A stretch of DNA of 64,000 nucleotides from Octopus vulgaris (Eukaryota), in assembly GCA_951406725.2 (NCBI GenBank), contig OX597815.1, positions 140,926,001-140,990,000 of the forward strand. The letters run 5' to 3'. Positions within the stretch are counted from its first letter, which is position 1; the number at the start of each line of letters is the position of its first letter. Shown in pieces: positions 1 to 12,861 of this stretch. The notes below the pieces were generated by a model. The model was given only the letters and a program-made list of their open reading frames with translations. It made no database searches and had not been told where the DNA came from. The translations under genes were made by a program, and so were the position numbers.

Positions 1-199
1 ATTGAAAATAAATACAAAAATAATAATGATAAAACTAGAAACTCAGATACTCACAAAGTAGAAATGAAAAGTCTCAATAACAAACATAAATATTACAAAC
101 ATTAAACGAGGCAATTATAATAAAGAAGTAAACTAAAACATGAGAAACATAATATCAAAAATGAAATTTAAAATAAAAACAAGCATCATAACAATTCTC

Positions 200-510
<311 letters not shown>

Positions 511-511
<1 letters not shown>

Positions 512-903
512 TTTATTTTGTTTGACTTTTGCTTTATATTTGTACAGGTTGGCTGCAAGTCTCACCCAGAGACCTCAAGAGACAACAAGTTGGAAGTTCA
601 TGTTGTTGTTATGCCTAGAGTGCCATATATTTGGATTTTTTTGTGTTGTACTAGTGAATGTCTAAAGAATGTTTGTTTTAAACCTTGAGATTACGTAGAA
701 AGTATTTTGCGTAGGATATGAGCAGTTCCCATGTGTACTATCTTTTGAATTTCTGCCATTTTTGGATTTCCTGGTATCTGAGTTAGGTACCAATCAGCCC
801 CTTTCGTTATCATTCCCAGGGTACCTATGACAACAGGTATTGTTTTAGTCTTCAGGTTCCACATTTTGCTGATTTCTATTTCAAGATCTTTATATTTGCT
901 CAG

Positions 904-906
<3 letters not shown>
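511..906 (-). mobile_element. 5'-truncated R4/Dong-clade non-LTR retrotransposon (endonuclease C-terminus + 3' UTR)
   Basis: Minus 906-691 translates KLSKYKDLEIEISKMWNLKTKTIPVVIGTLGMITKG...EIQKIVHMGTAHILRKILST*, homologous to the end of ORF 47562..49562. The 3' UTR is shared with 52128-52405. Flanked by (ATT)n on both sides. Confidence 0.92.
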
Positions 907-966
<60 letters not shown>

Positions 967-970
967 GTTA

Positions 971-1065
971 TTTTTTTTTCTTCTTCTTTCAAATTTACTT
1001 TCATTTCTTGCCGGGCGTCTTCCCGACTCCTAGGGCAAAGAAACTCATAGTATACATTGGTAGGC

Positions 1066-1070
<5 letters not shown>
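971..1070 (-). mobile_element. ~100-bp 3' terminus of the Dong subfamily seen at 47522-49750
   Basis: Reverse complement matches 49640-49737 (taatggcctaccaatgtat...gccctaggagtcgggaagac...aaatttgaaagaagaa) with a few mismatches. Flanked by (ATT)n. Confidence 0.93.
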
Positions 1071-1161
<91 letters not shown>

Positions 1162-1679
1162 CATTTTTTTATAACACAAATGTCAACAAACCCCAAAGTA
1201 ATACTTGGGTAAATAACGACTATTACAAACTTAAAATAAAGATAAGAATGAAATCATAATGTGAAGAAAAGCGAAAAATATGAATAGCCCGATCTCGATT
1301 ATTAACAATAAGAATAACAATAATTATACGAATAATAATAAAAGTAATAATGATAATAAAAATATAGTTAGACAGAACATTTTATTAAATCTAATAGAAT
1401 GATTATTAATAAAAGATTTATAAACACAAGATATGCAAAATTATTTAATAAAAAACGTGAGATGTGAATTTTCATTTTCTCCCAACTGTTTTAAGATATA
1501 TTCACTTAATAATAGAAATCTTCATTTATTCTATGAAAATTTAAAAATATAAATTGATACTAAAGCACACTAAAATACAAAAGTTTAACTTAATGGAACA
1601 AATAACAATGTAAACATCCCTACTGACAATATCTTATATAAATTAACAAAGGTGAATAATAGCATACCATTACCTACAC

Positions 1680-2060
1680 ATAATAACTGTAATTGTAGAG
1701 ACCCAAATACATGCAAATTAGACAGGGACTATAAAAGAAAAAATGTAGTATACCAAGAAAAATTATAACATAGGATTCGAAAAAATACCATTATACCGGA
1801 TCGACAGAAAATTGGATTAAATTCCGAATAGCGAACCCCGAATCGACATTCAGGGTCCAAAACAAAATGAACTGTGCCGGACTCTCAAAAAGAATATGGC
1901 ACCAAAAAAAGAAAGAAAAGAAAAAAATACAAAGTGAACTTCATAATCAAATGAAACATCTTAGCACGTTACAAAATTAACAATAAATTCCGTAGATTAT
2001 GCTTAGAAGAAAACAATAAAATAATGAAAAGGAAAGGGAACCTAGTTAATGAGAGGGGTG
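1680..2060 (+). mobile_element. Degenerate Penelope-like element, GIY-YIG endonuclease region
   Basis: Broken frames give CNCRDPNTCKLDRDYKRKNVVYQ...YTGSTENWIKFRIAN...GLSKRIW...RLCLEE...NLVNER. This matches the CxC-C / VVY / Y(I)GxT / R / LSxxIW / LCxxE / LNxR layout of PLE GIY-YIG domains. Confidence 0.75.
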
Positions 2061-2557
2061 AAAAAGATTTTATTATAAACACATGGCAAGGACCTCTTTA
2101 TTAAACGAAAACAATATATTGATATTATTTAATATCATCCGAAAATCTTCAATTCAATTTTTAAAAGCATTACCATTATCATACTATATATTAATTGCTT
2201 AATTCAATTATACAACTTAATTCTATATAAAATCCAATAGCTAAAATTATCTAATTGACTTACATCTAAATATAATGACTATAATAGTGTTTTGACGAAT
2301 CTTTTGATTATTTTCATAAAATTTGAATATCCTCACGTATAGGATCGGATTCAATTCTCAAGGTATGTGTATGTAAATTTTTCTAATATTACATCCAGAG
2401 GACCTCAACACACTGATCGTGAATTCACGATATTTTCATTTCTATATTTGATGACATATAACTTGTATGATATATTTCAAACTTTTGTGTACCGATGTAT
2501 ATATATATAAAATAATATGTGTATATCTCTATGTAAATATGTTTATATATATATATA

Positions 2558-2706
2558 CAACTATGAGAGAGAATCCACTATGAGGACGCTCTTACGCTAG
2601 ATATAGATCCGCAAAGGGACTCAACCACTAAGAATTGTTCTCAAGAAATAAGTCTACACACCAAGAATGTAAGAGCGTCCACATAGTGGATTCTCTCTCA
2701 TAGTTG
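2558..2706. repeat. 38-bp inverted repeat with 73-bp loop
   Basis: 2558-2595 is the reverse complement of 2669-2706 with one mismatch. The left arm abuts a (TA)n tract. Confidence 0.95.
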
Positions 2707-2805
2707 GGTATTAATAATATTTACTGAATCTCAGTCTTTTATACGTTTGACTACTGGTGTTTAAATTGATGTTATCCAATTTTTTCACCCTCATTTTGAC
2801 TTTAA

Positions 2806-2840
<35 letters not shown>

Positions 2841-3134
2841 TGTATATGTAGGATGGGCCTCTCCACTGCCAGTATATGGGTATGTGGGTGTATATTCCAA
2901 TATACAGGCACAGTAGAATATTTGGACTTGTACTTATATGAGTATGCCTGCGTACTTGTGTGTATATGAATATCTATATTTGTATTAGCGTAGGCACCTC
3001 TTTTTAACTATCCGTATGTGGGTGTATGCATATCAATGTATATGGTCGTGCATATATGTGTATGAATGTGAATCTATATATAATTGTATGTGTATATACG
3101 TATATATATATATATATGTATATATATGTATCTA

Positions 3135-3303
3135 TATTTCGTCTGTCGTTACGTTCTGAGTTCAAATTCCGTCGAGGTTGACTTTGCTTTTCATCCTATC
3201 AGGGTCGATAAAATAAGTACCAGTTTCGTACTGGGGTCGATCTAATCGGCTAGCCCCCTCCCCAAGAATTTCGTGCTTTGTGCCTAGAGTAGAAGAGAAT
3301 ATT
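3135..3303 (+). mobile_element. SINE family 1 (Deu/Nin-like core), 5'-truncated
   Basis: gttctgagttcaaattcc...tttcatcctatcagggtcgataaaataagtaccag aligns to the copies at 39074 and 57361. Confidence 0.88.
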
Positions 3304-4629
3304 GAAAATTTAGACAACGTTAAATCGAAAATATCAAAGTTACAGCATGAGTGAGTAGCTGATATTTTTTAGTTCCTTTCACCGTCTGTCTTTAATCTTT
3401 CTTTCTATGTCAGCAACTACCATATATATATTTTCTCATACTACAAATATAAGTACGCATATAACTGCAACGTACATACACACATACATACACATATATA
3501 TATATACGTATATGCCACAGGAACACACACACACACGCATACACACGCACACATTCAGTATTTGCTATTAAAATTCCGCATTTAAAATAGCTGTCTGTAA
3601 AACCTTATGACGTAGTTTCAGATAACTAAAGAGAGAGAAAATGATTTGTTCTTTCATTGCCTGATTTGCTTTTAAATATTTATGTTTGTAACATAACTGG
3701 GCTTTATGAGTTACAAATTATCTTAACTATTATAATGTTGAATATATTTCAAATTTGAAAGGTGGTAGCAATCTCGTTTGGAGAATATAATTGCTGGATA
3801 TAAAACCTAAATGTGTAACAAAGAATGAAAGATAAACTGGTTTCTGTGTTTCATGATATTTGAAACCATACCTTCTGAATTTCTGAATTTTTTTTCCTTT
3901 AACTGAAAAGTTATATCGGGAAATATTAACTATTTATTTCGCGTGAAATATCATGGTTTCCCTATATTGTTTCAGAGTCAATTAAAGCACTTTAAATATT
4001 TATAATTCGACAAGCGTATATACAAATTGATATGTGAAATAATGAATAAAATATCTTATTTCTGTTTTCCGAAAACCTTTCTCGATTCTCAAATATTTTC
4101 ATTTGTGTAAGATACTTATATCGCAAACAATTCTTGCATGATAATTTTATTCCAGCTTCCTACTTGACCTCAAACATGTTGCATCATATATCTATGTAAC
4201 GTACGCTGGCTATCCAAAATCCATTTTAGATGCTGGTGCAATGGGAAACACTACTGAGAAGAGGATGTACCATAGCAGATTTTCCATGCTTAATAACTCG
4301 GAGAGCACGATGGAAAATGTATTGCATCAACCAAAACACGAATAAATAAAATGAACCTAGAGTTTACTAATACAATGTACAAGCAAGCTCTAGCCCCCAT
4401 TGTGCAAACAATAGCTTGTAAGTTTCTTGGACTATCAACCCCTTTCAAATTACACTGTGACTCTTACATAAGAGATACTTCAAGCTCATTCAACTGCTGA
4501 AATCAAAATGATCTGAATGAAAATAACTTATACGGGTATCAAATAGTGACTTCTGAATTGGAATATTTCGTTTTACATGTAGAAAAGCCAAAATGATTTG
4601 ATGAATTGGTTCTGAGGAAAATATTCATA

Positions 4630-5370
4630 TCCGCAAGCAGCTTCATATTGCAATTAATTCATTTGTAATTACAGCAACATTGGCCGCGTATGGCAAGAGA
4701 GATCATTCTCCTTTTGAGCCTTTACTAAATCTTACAGCCATTGATAATGCTGTGCCATTAAACTGGCAAAAGGTCCAGATAGGTAGATGTCCTAAAGCAG
4801 GTTAAAAAGAAAATATGAGACTAGAGCACAATAAGCCCAGACACTGGAATTTTGTGACTGCCTATAGTACCATTCAACATTTCTAAGTAGATACTAACAT
4901 TTTCAAATGGGCTCCAACTGGGTTCTGGACTCACACCGAATTATAGAAAGTATTAGTGGTATCTTAATTGTAACATCTTAACTTCCAGAAACAAACAATG
5001 AGCAAGATATTAATGTCACCACCGTTTCGCTTAGTTGTACCTGTAGTTGATGTTATAGATGACATCGCTAAATGTCAGTCGCACTCTCTCAACTTTCTTT
5101 TCTCATCTGTTGTCGTTTCTTACAATGTAGCATTGAACATAAAAGACCAATTATATTCCTCTGAAATTTGCTTTCCCACTATTTGCCATATTTAATCCGA
5201 TATGCCATTTCCTTTCTAGTACATTCAGATTCCAGTGACTCTCTTTTTGTGGCCCCATCGGTAAGTCCCAGGGACAGACACTCAGGGTTGTTGGATTTGA
5301 ACTGACACATCAAAGTTCCTTCACTGATTAGCTCCATACTACATTCTCACGTGTTCGACCGAATACATAT
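4630..5370 (+). mobile_element. Helitron RepHel fossil (PIF1-like helicase motifs)
   Basis: LHIAINSFVITATLAAYGKRDHSPFEPLLNL resembles ALAVASSGIAATLLxGGRTAHSxFKLPLNL. ICFPTICHI*SDMPFPF*YIQIPV and GKSQGQTLRVVGFEL...TTFSRV resemble IPRI...LPFxFxRxQFPV...INKSQGQTL...YVAxSRV. Many stops and deletions. Confidence 0.78.
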
Positions 5371-5747
5371 ATTTTTATGAGAATACTAAACCACAGAATA
5401 AGAAATGTTTTCTAATCCAGATATCTGTCTGCGTAAAACACATTTTTCATAAAATTGCTTCTCTTTTATGTGTTGCATATAAATTTAGAATTAGAAGAAA
5501 ATATATAAATTACAACATAAAGATATTATTTCTCAAGTCATAACATTAAAATTATCAATGAAAACAGTCTCCGAAGCTTCACGCATCATAGAAAGCGGGA
5601 GAAATTCAACTTTAGACATGAATCTGCATTACAATAAAGGTTATATGCAAATATAATCACTCACACACAATAAAACAATACATAAAAGTATTTTAATCGT
5701 TTAACTATAAATGTTTCGACTTATTCAGCCCTCGGACTGAGGTAAGT

Positions 5748-6068
<321 letters not shown>

Positions 6069-6389
6069 CATTTTCTCTTTCACTATCACACGCACACATA
6101 TACTTTAAATTTAATCATAATATATAACATATAATATACCTATCAAGCACATACACATATACATACACACACATACATACATACATACACACATCCATAC
6201 ATGTATACATATAAATACAAGCAAACATGCAAAGATACATACATACATACATACATTTAAACACACACAGACATAAAATTAAATCCATTATCATTCCCAC
6301 TACAAGACTCAAATGGCTACATGCTAGGATCTACAACTGTTAGAGCTGTTAATGTAACAAATAATTTCGCTGTGGGAGATCGCATAATT

Positions 6390-6810
6390 TTGGCTAAAAT
6401 TCTGACAAAGATTCTTTGCTGACATAGGAATTGAATTTGGCCAAAGGAAATGTTCATATTTGATTATTGAACGAGGAAAATCAAACCCTAGACCAAATAC
6501 CTGTGCATCGAAATCATTATTTCTCCTGTCTCACACGAAGTAGGCTACAAGTATTATTCATTGGTGAAAATATACACGCAGGTACTCTTAATAAAAACTT
6601 AGTGACCCAAGAATATTATACCAAACTTAGAAACATATAGCAGTCGGAACTCTCCTCTTACAACAAGACAATATGCCACAATACATTTGCAGTCGCAACG
6701 CCGATTCCATCATTTGTGGCACTTCACTATTCTGTACCAGAAATCCACTCCATAGTCATTAAAATCCTCAGGATATGGACATCAACTTGAAATCTCCACT
6801 CCTAACAACC
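6390..6810 (+). mobile_element. Old R4/Dong RT-thumb fragment
   Basis: DIGIEFGQRKCSYLIIERGK and YYTKLRNI*QSELSSYNKTICHNTFAVA parallel DIGMEFGLEKCAKATFQKGK and YRRVRAVLKSELNARNKVLAINSLAV in the 666-aa ORF. Confidence 0.72.
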
Positions 6811-8290
6811 GCACACGTATACATAACTGACTTGAAGAGAATGAAATAGACGGGTAATGCAGTGCAATTAAAATATGTTCACCGAAATTACCTTTATTGA
6901 ACAACTAATTTGCTGCACCCTTCAATTCACTACGATTTTAGTGATTATTATTAAATTTCCCTGTATCCAGAGAGCGATTGTATTTACCCAAGCGTGTAGG
7001 ATTTTATCGCTGCATATTTTATTTACTTTCATGAATCAGGAATTCTCGGACAGCAACACCTGTTTCTTGGTTCCCTGACCAAAAGCTAAGTGATTCTAAT
7101 ACTCAACCTAGCTAAGGATCACGTTCGTAGCTCAACTGATGATATATAAACTACATCTTAAAAGTAAAATTAGATGTGTAATTCATTTTCGAAAAATAGA
7201 ATTTAATTTACATTTATATATCTAAGACTGCATATAGAGCTCCTAATATGTTCTTTAAACGTCTGACCGAATTTAACAAAGCTAACCCTTATCGAACCAA
7301 AAAATACATAAGCTTATTCAATCGTTCAAATTAATATGGTTGATGGAAGTAAATGGAGAGCATTGGTGGTGATTCAACCAGGGTGGGATTTTAAAAAAGC
7401 TCTTCTGTTAATGCCACTGACTAAGGAAATACGTATGTTTATGTAATATAGACATCACAGTTTCTCCTAGACAACGGTAGTTATCGTGATCAAAGCATGC
7501 CCCAGTCGATGTGTTTTCTTTTTTTAGACTGCATCGTTTAATTTTCGTTCAGTTAATTTAAGAACATATACATCTACACTTTACTTGATCTTAGATCAGT
7601 GTGCAACAAATAGGAGATTTCTTTTTTCTTTTCAGATTATATATGGCATTTATTCTCTGGTTGCCGCATTAATGATAGAGTATTTGCTCATATGTCGGTT
7701 GCAATACTTCCTTCAATTTAATTATTGTGTTTGATTATTGAAAATTCTTACATCATGCTGACAGAAGATTTCTTTAATATGACTCCTATGAACTTTTTCT
7801 ATTCTCTCACACTACTTGGAACCCAATTTTAATCCGGCAATCTTCAGAAATGTTATATGGCTTCAACAGCTGTTCACGACAAGTATTTATGAAGATTTAT
7901 TTGACAGATATAAGATTAAAAACTGGAAGTGTTTTTGATTCTCTCTGTGTGAATGCATTACAATTTTCAATAAGCTTTATTCCCAAGTTCAGTTATATTT
8001 AGATAGAGATGTAACTGAAATAAGAGATGGAGTTTAATCAATCTAGATATTTTTATATGAGTATTCAAATGAGGTACTGGATAATATTTATACAAGTGAT
8101 CTGATGTACACAACGAATACATTGAGAAAGACAAACAATTATATATGTGTATAATTATTTAATAAACACAATATGTTTTTATGTGCTATTATTAGATTCG
8201 TACGATGAGACCATGTTGCACATTACTTTATAAAACATATCTGGGAGTCTCAGTTTATGACACTGCCCATATGGCATAAGAATCTTATAA

Positions 8291-8347
<57 letters not shown>

Positions 8348-8449
8348 TATATAGTTAATCCAAACAAGAAAGCACAAAAACACATCAACGCGAGGACGTG
8401 GAACAAATATAGTATTATTGGACGCTTAGGAAAGAAGGAAATAAGGAGG

Positions 8450-8484
8450 ATCTAACGTTTCGAGCGGAGCTCTTCGTCGGAAAC
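8450..8484 (-). ncRNA. Minimal hammerhead-like motif (Penelope type) in a ~180-bp insert between (TA)n tracts
   Basis: Minus: guuu-CCGACGA-a-gagc(ucc)gcuc-GAAAC-GUU-agau. Stem II and a wobble-rich stem I pair, and palindromic AACGUU replaces stem III. U4C deviation in the core. Confidence 0.55.
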
Positions 8485-8528
8485 ATAGGAGAAGGAAAGA
8501 TCCAGAGAATGGAAGACAGAGGAACAAA

Positions 8529-8563
<35 letters not shown>

Positions 8564-8703
8564 TGTCATATATTTCAACTGCTAAAGGCAAATACACTGC
8601 AGTTACGTGCAGAAAAATCTCTTTTATGGTAAAAAGGTGTGAAAGCACCCCCTTCGTTCATTGTCCCTCTCTCTCTCCCTCTCTCTCTCTCAGGAATCTC
8701 AGA

Positions 8704-8738
8704 CACCGATGTTTCGAGTTTATTGACTCTCGTCGATG
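8704..8738 (-). ncRNA. Decayed minimal hammerhead-like motif
   Basis: Minus: ca-UCGACGA-gagu(caauaa)acuc-GAAAC-AUC-ggug. Perfect 4-bp stem II, but the core deviates at positions 3-4. Confidence 0.4.
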
Positions 8739-8949
8739 AGATGAATCTAAGAGATGATTTTTTATTACGATAATTATGTATCATACATACATGGGACAAC
8801 ACAGGACGTTACAAACAAATGTTGCGTTTATGAGTTCTTTTTAAAGTGGTTTTAAAAATATGATGATGGTTATAGTTGTAAAATTTACAAGTTTTACAAG
8901 TTTACCCTTGCTCATGAAGCCCAACAGCTACACCGTACTTTTCTACCAT

Positions 8950-9335
8950 GGATGGGATTAAGTAGGGTCATTCATACCCAACTTACTTGCTACATCCTTC
9001 TATCTTTTCCCGAATATACTTTGCGACAGATGTCTCCTCTCCAGCCCTATCTTGCTCTTCAGATGATACCTGAAATAATATAGCAAACCAGGACCGGAGA
9101 TGAAAATTCCAGTGACGACTCTTTCATTCTAGTTTTCCATATACACTCTTTCAATACTGCGACTGTGCATAAAAACATGCCTCACCTTGCATTGATTGTC
9201 CGGGTGGCAGTACTATCTCGATCATGGACTCAGCAGACAGCTGTACTCTTCCTAGATGCGACAGCACATGTTCTACGTAAATTATCGAGCCTGAAAGCTC
9301 CGGACACAGTACAAGGGCATGCAGAACGGTTTCTA
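8950..9335 (-). mobile_element. Tx1-like LINE 3' coding fragment
   Basis: Minus gives GMFLCTVAVLKECIWKTRMKE, homologous to AVFLCLVAVAIKVAWWSRLKG in ORF 45987..46421. Confidence 0.65.
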
Positions 9336-9512
9336 CGCTAATCTAAACATTCTAAAGTCACTACTAATCTAAACATTTTCGGCTTCCTACATGCTTGTCT
9401 CGAAGTGTGCTGGAGAATTTCTATTTTGGATGTATTTGGGGTACTTAAGTGTGCTCACAACTTAGTGTTTGCTTCTTCCATGGGTATAAGTGAGTATTTC
9501 ATCTATTTCTTA

Positions 9513-9585
9513 CCGTATTTATCGCTGACGAAGAGAAAATTCTTATGAATTAACTCTGAAATTGGGACCGATAAGATAATAACGG
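9513..9585 (+). ncRNA. Type I hammerhead ribozyme motif
   Basis: ccguauuuaucg-CUGACGA(9525-9531)-agag.aa.aauuc(uuau)gaauu.aa.cucu-GAAA(9558-9561)-uug(ggac)cgaU-A(9573)-agauaauaacgg. Canonical core and all three stems present. The first stem I pair is a G-A mismatch. Confidence 0.72.
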
Positions 9586-9720
9586 AATTTTTTAGAAATT
9601 TCTGTCGGCTTACTTCGAGATGCGTGCATATAGTGATAAATTATATTGACGATTATTGACGATTTGTCTATTTTCGGCATATTTGGCATTATAATTTTTT
9701 CTTTTGCCCTTGTTTATAAG

Positions 9721-9752
<32 letters not shown>

Positions 9753-9912
9753 AGATGCTAAGGCCGATATATTTAAAGAAAACATCTTAATCTTCTAGTC
9801 TGTTTTATTTTCCGGTTACTAGAATTTTCGATTGCGAACAGTATTGACTCTACATTAACCGCCGGAGATGTTAGGGAATTGTTCCCGGAGACAGTTAAGT
9901 TGGTAACAACTC

Positions 9913-9988
<76 letters not shown>

Positions 9989-11734
9989 ATAGGAAAACGA
10001 AAATAATTCTGATATATTTCTTTATGCATCTTCAGGACAGTGGTGAAAATACACTTTTTCCCGTTGTAACGAATAGAAAAGTGAGTAAACACAGTGAAAT
10101 AGGTGTATGTACAAAGGCAAAGAAGAGAAAATGCTGTATATTAGCTTGTCCTTCTAAATGATAATTAAATTTATACTTCAGAAAGATATAGTCGTTCAAT
10201 GCACAACGGAGTACTAACCACAAACTTTGCTTTTTAGCCTTCTTGTGTGGTGGCATGAGAGAACACACAGTATATACATACATACATACCTAAATACATC
10301 GCGAAGCAACTATAGATAAGCAATTTCATATTTTATATTGTATTCACTTTGAGATACACCGCACAATGATTTAAGCATTATCATAGGCCTACATGCTCAG
10401 ATTCATATACACACCAGCACAAACAAACATACATACATGTGTCAGGTAGGTATACGTTCATATGTGTGTATACGTACACGCGCACACATTGTATATAATT
10501 TTTTAATGTATTGAAGAGAAAAACTAACAACGTTGTTTAACTAAGGGTGGGTGCTACTTCCCATGACTATGAACAAGTGGTCTATGGGACACGACAAACA
10601 CAAAATGACTTGCAAATCGAACAAGACAAGGGAGATGGTGAACTCGAGGTAATGAACATTTCATGCTTTCATTTCTAGCACGAAATGCATAAATGCATAA
10701 CTATATATACAATGTAAATACATATATATATATATACACACACACACATATGTATATACATATATATACATATATATATAGAATATACATGTATATATAC
10801 ATGTATATATAATACACACGCACACACACGCACATATATATGTATATGGTGGTTCATCTTACATGAGACACAGTACTCGGAGTTACATGGAACGTGAAAG
10901 AAGCTGGTTAAGCACGGCTCAAACTATTGCCATTCCCCTAACCATCATTTTTCAAGGCTATAAGAAAAGAAAGCTACTTAAGGTTAAAACTTATTTTGCT
11001 TTGAATAGACGTAAATCAGCAGAATTTAAAGTTTATATAAAACTTTCCCTTCCCCTTGGAGCCTTGTCAATTTAAATAGTTTAAAGAAATTTTAACATGT
11101 CAAAAATATTGTAAATAGCAGAAAAAAATTTAATTTGTTTTTGCAAATGTATTTTGTTGTATTTAATGTACATGTTGTGGAATATGTTAACTGTGCTCGG
11201 AATTTTGAAGTATAAAATTATCTACTGGTTGTGTTTTTGGAGAAATGTCCCGTGTGTAGGTACTCTCTCGCTTTACTAGTTTTTATGACGTTATAAAAGT
11301 GTCAATGGGTGCATTATGCATGTACTTTTAGCAGGTTTATTGGCAAACAGTAAAGATGCTTAATACAGTCACTGAAAATTACAGTCACTATTAATATAAA
11401 CATTTTCGGCTTCCTACATGCTTGCCTCGACCTAGAATCGAAACCATTTTCTAAGCCAAATGAGAATGTTAAATGAATTATTAAGCAATTCCTCCGATTC
11501 TGAACCAGCATCTCTACGAATGTTTAAAACTATCTGAACTAATATTTGTGCGAGTATACCTGGACTCTTCGTTTCTAAAGAAATCGAACAGATCAAGAAG
11601 AAGAGCAGGGGCAAGCCAAACCTTTCTCACGAATTAGACCACGGGAGCTATAGATAAAGAAAAAGTTGTGAATAGGTGATCTGTTAAGACAAGCTATAAT
11701 TGCGTACCCAGCATAAAGAAAACAATAGTTTCAA

Positions 11735-11908
11735 ACTTTGGCAGAAAGTCAGCAGTTTTAGGGGTGGGTAAATCAATTATATTGAATTCTGCGCTCAATT
11801 GGTACTTATTTCATCGATCCTAAAAGGATGAAAAGCAAAGTCAACCTCGGAGAAATGGACGAAATTTTTCCCGGCGTGTTAACGATTCTGCCAGCACGCA
11901 GCCTTCAA
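11735..11908 (-). mobile_element. SINE family 1, degenerate
   Basis: ggtacttatttcatcgatcctaaaaggatgaaaagcaaagtcaacctcgg is the reverse complement of the family core. Confidence 0.8.
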
Positions 11909-12823
11909 TATTAAGAAAATAATGTCACGTAGATCCACCAAACGGACTACTCCAAACTTTACATATGGAAATACAAAAACGTTGTCCTTGAAATCGCGTA
12001 TGGAACGCCTAGTGAGGAGTATGCGCAAGACGAATTCATCCCAAACAGGCTAACCCAAATTGTCAGCATGGACTAGACTTCAAGACAATATTTTAGAATC
12101 ATTATTCGGAATTCAGGAAGATTGGGGAAATAACACCATGTTATCAGCTATATCTGGCAAATAAGTGTCAGCAACGTTGCTTTGAGGTCGCTCGAAAGAA
12201 ATTCATATCAGAATAGATCAAAGCATTGCAGCATAGCGAAAAGGAATAACAAACCACTCATCCTGTTAAATCCAAGTGCCACAGTAGCTACGTGAATTCC
12301 AGAACTGAATATCCACCATATTTGATCATAACGACACGTTTGTCTACTTGTCCACGTGAACAGACTCAAATCCTTTTGTCTATTAATCAAGAAAATCGCT
12401 CCTTTTGTTCACTAAACCAATTAACCAGCCTAGTAAAAGCAACTCGTCTACTTTCTCAAACCATCTCTGATATCACCCCATCACACAGACACACACACAG
12501 ACAACCACACACAGACACACAGAAAAACTCACAAACATACATACACACACACAAACGCACGCATATACATGTATTTCTCTATTAGATATAGTAATCTGAG
12601 CCTGAAGTAACCAGGCTAGAAGACTGCAAGTCGCATGCAACCGAATCAAAGTGCTTAAAATATTTATGCATTCACATATATTCACGCGCATACACCTACA
12701 CACCTCTGCACACACGGAAATAGATAGATAGATGAAAATAGATATGGCTGTATCTATCATTACCTATATACTCTACTTCTCCATAACTTAGTATCCTTCT
12801 TTATCAGATTTATGATTTAGTGA

Positions 12824-12859
<36 letters not shown>

Positions 12860-12861
<2 letters not shown>

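Noticed and set aside
5705-5740. Minus-strand CCGAG-ggcu(gaaua)aguc-GAAAC hammerhead-like fragment
   Set aside because: The core is two bases short and there is no stem I. It could be decay or chance.
7321-7720. Short open frame with a possible donor (gtatgt) and a polypyrimidine-AG acceptor near 7636
   Set aside because: No recognisable protein and stops follow quickly, so an exon cannot be supported.
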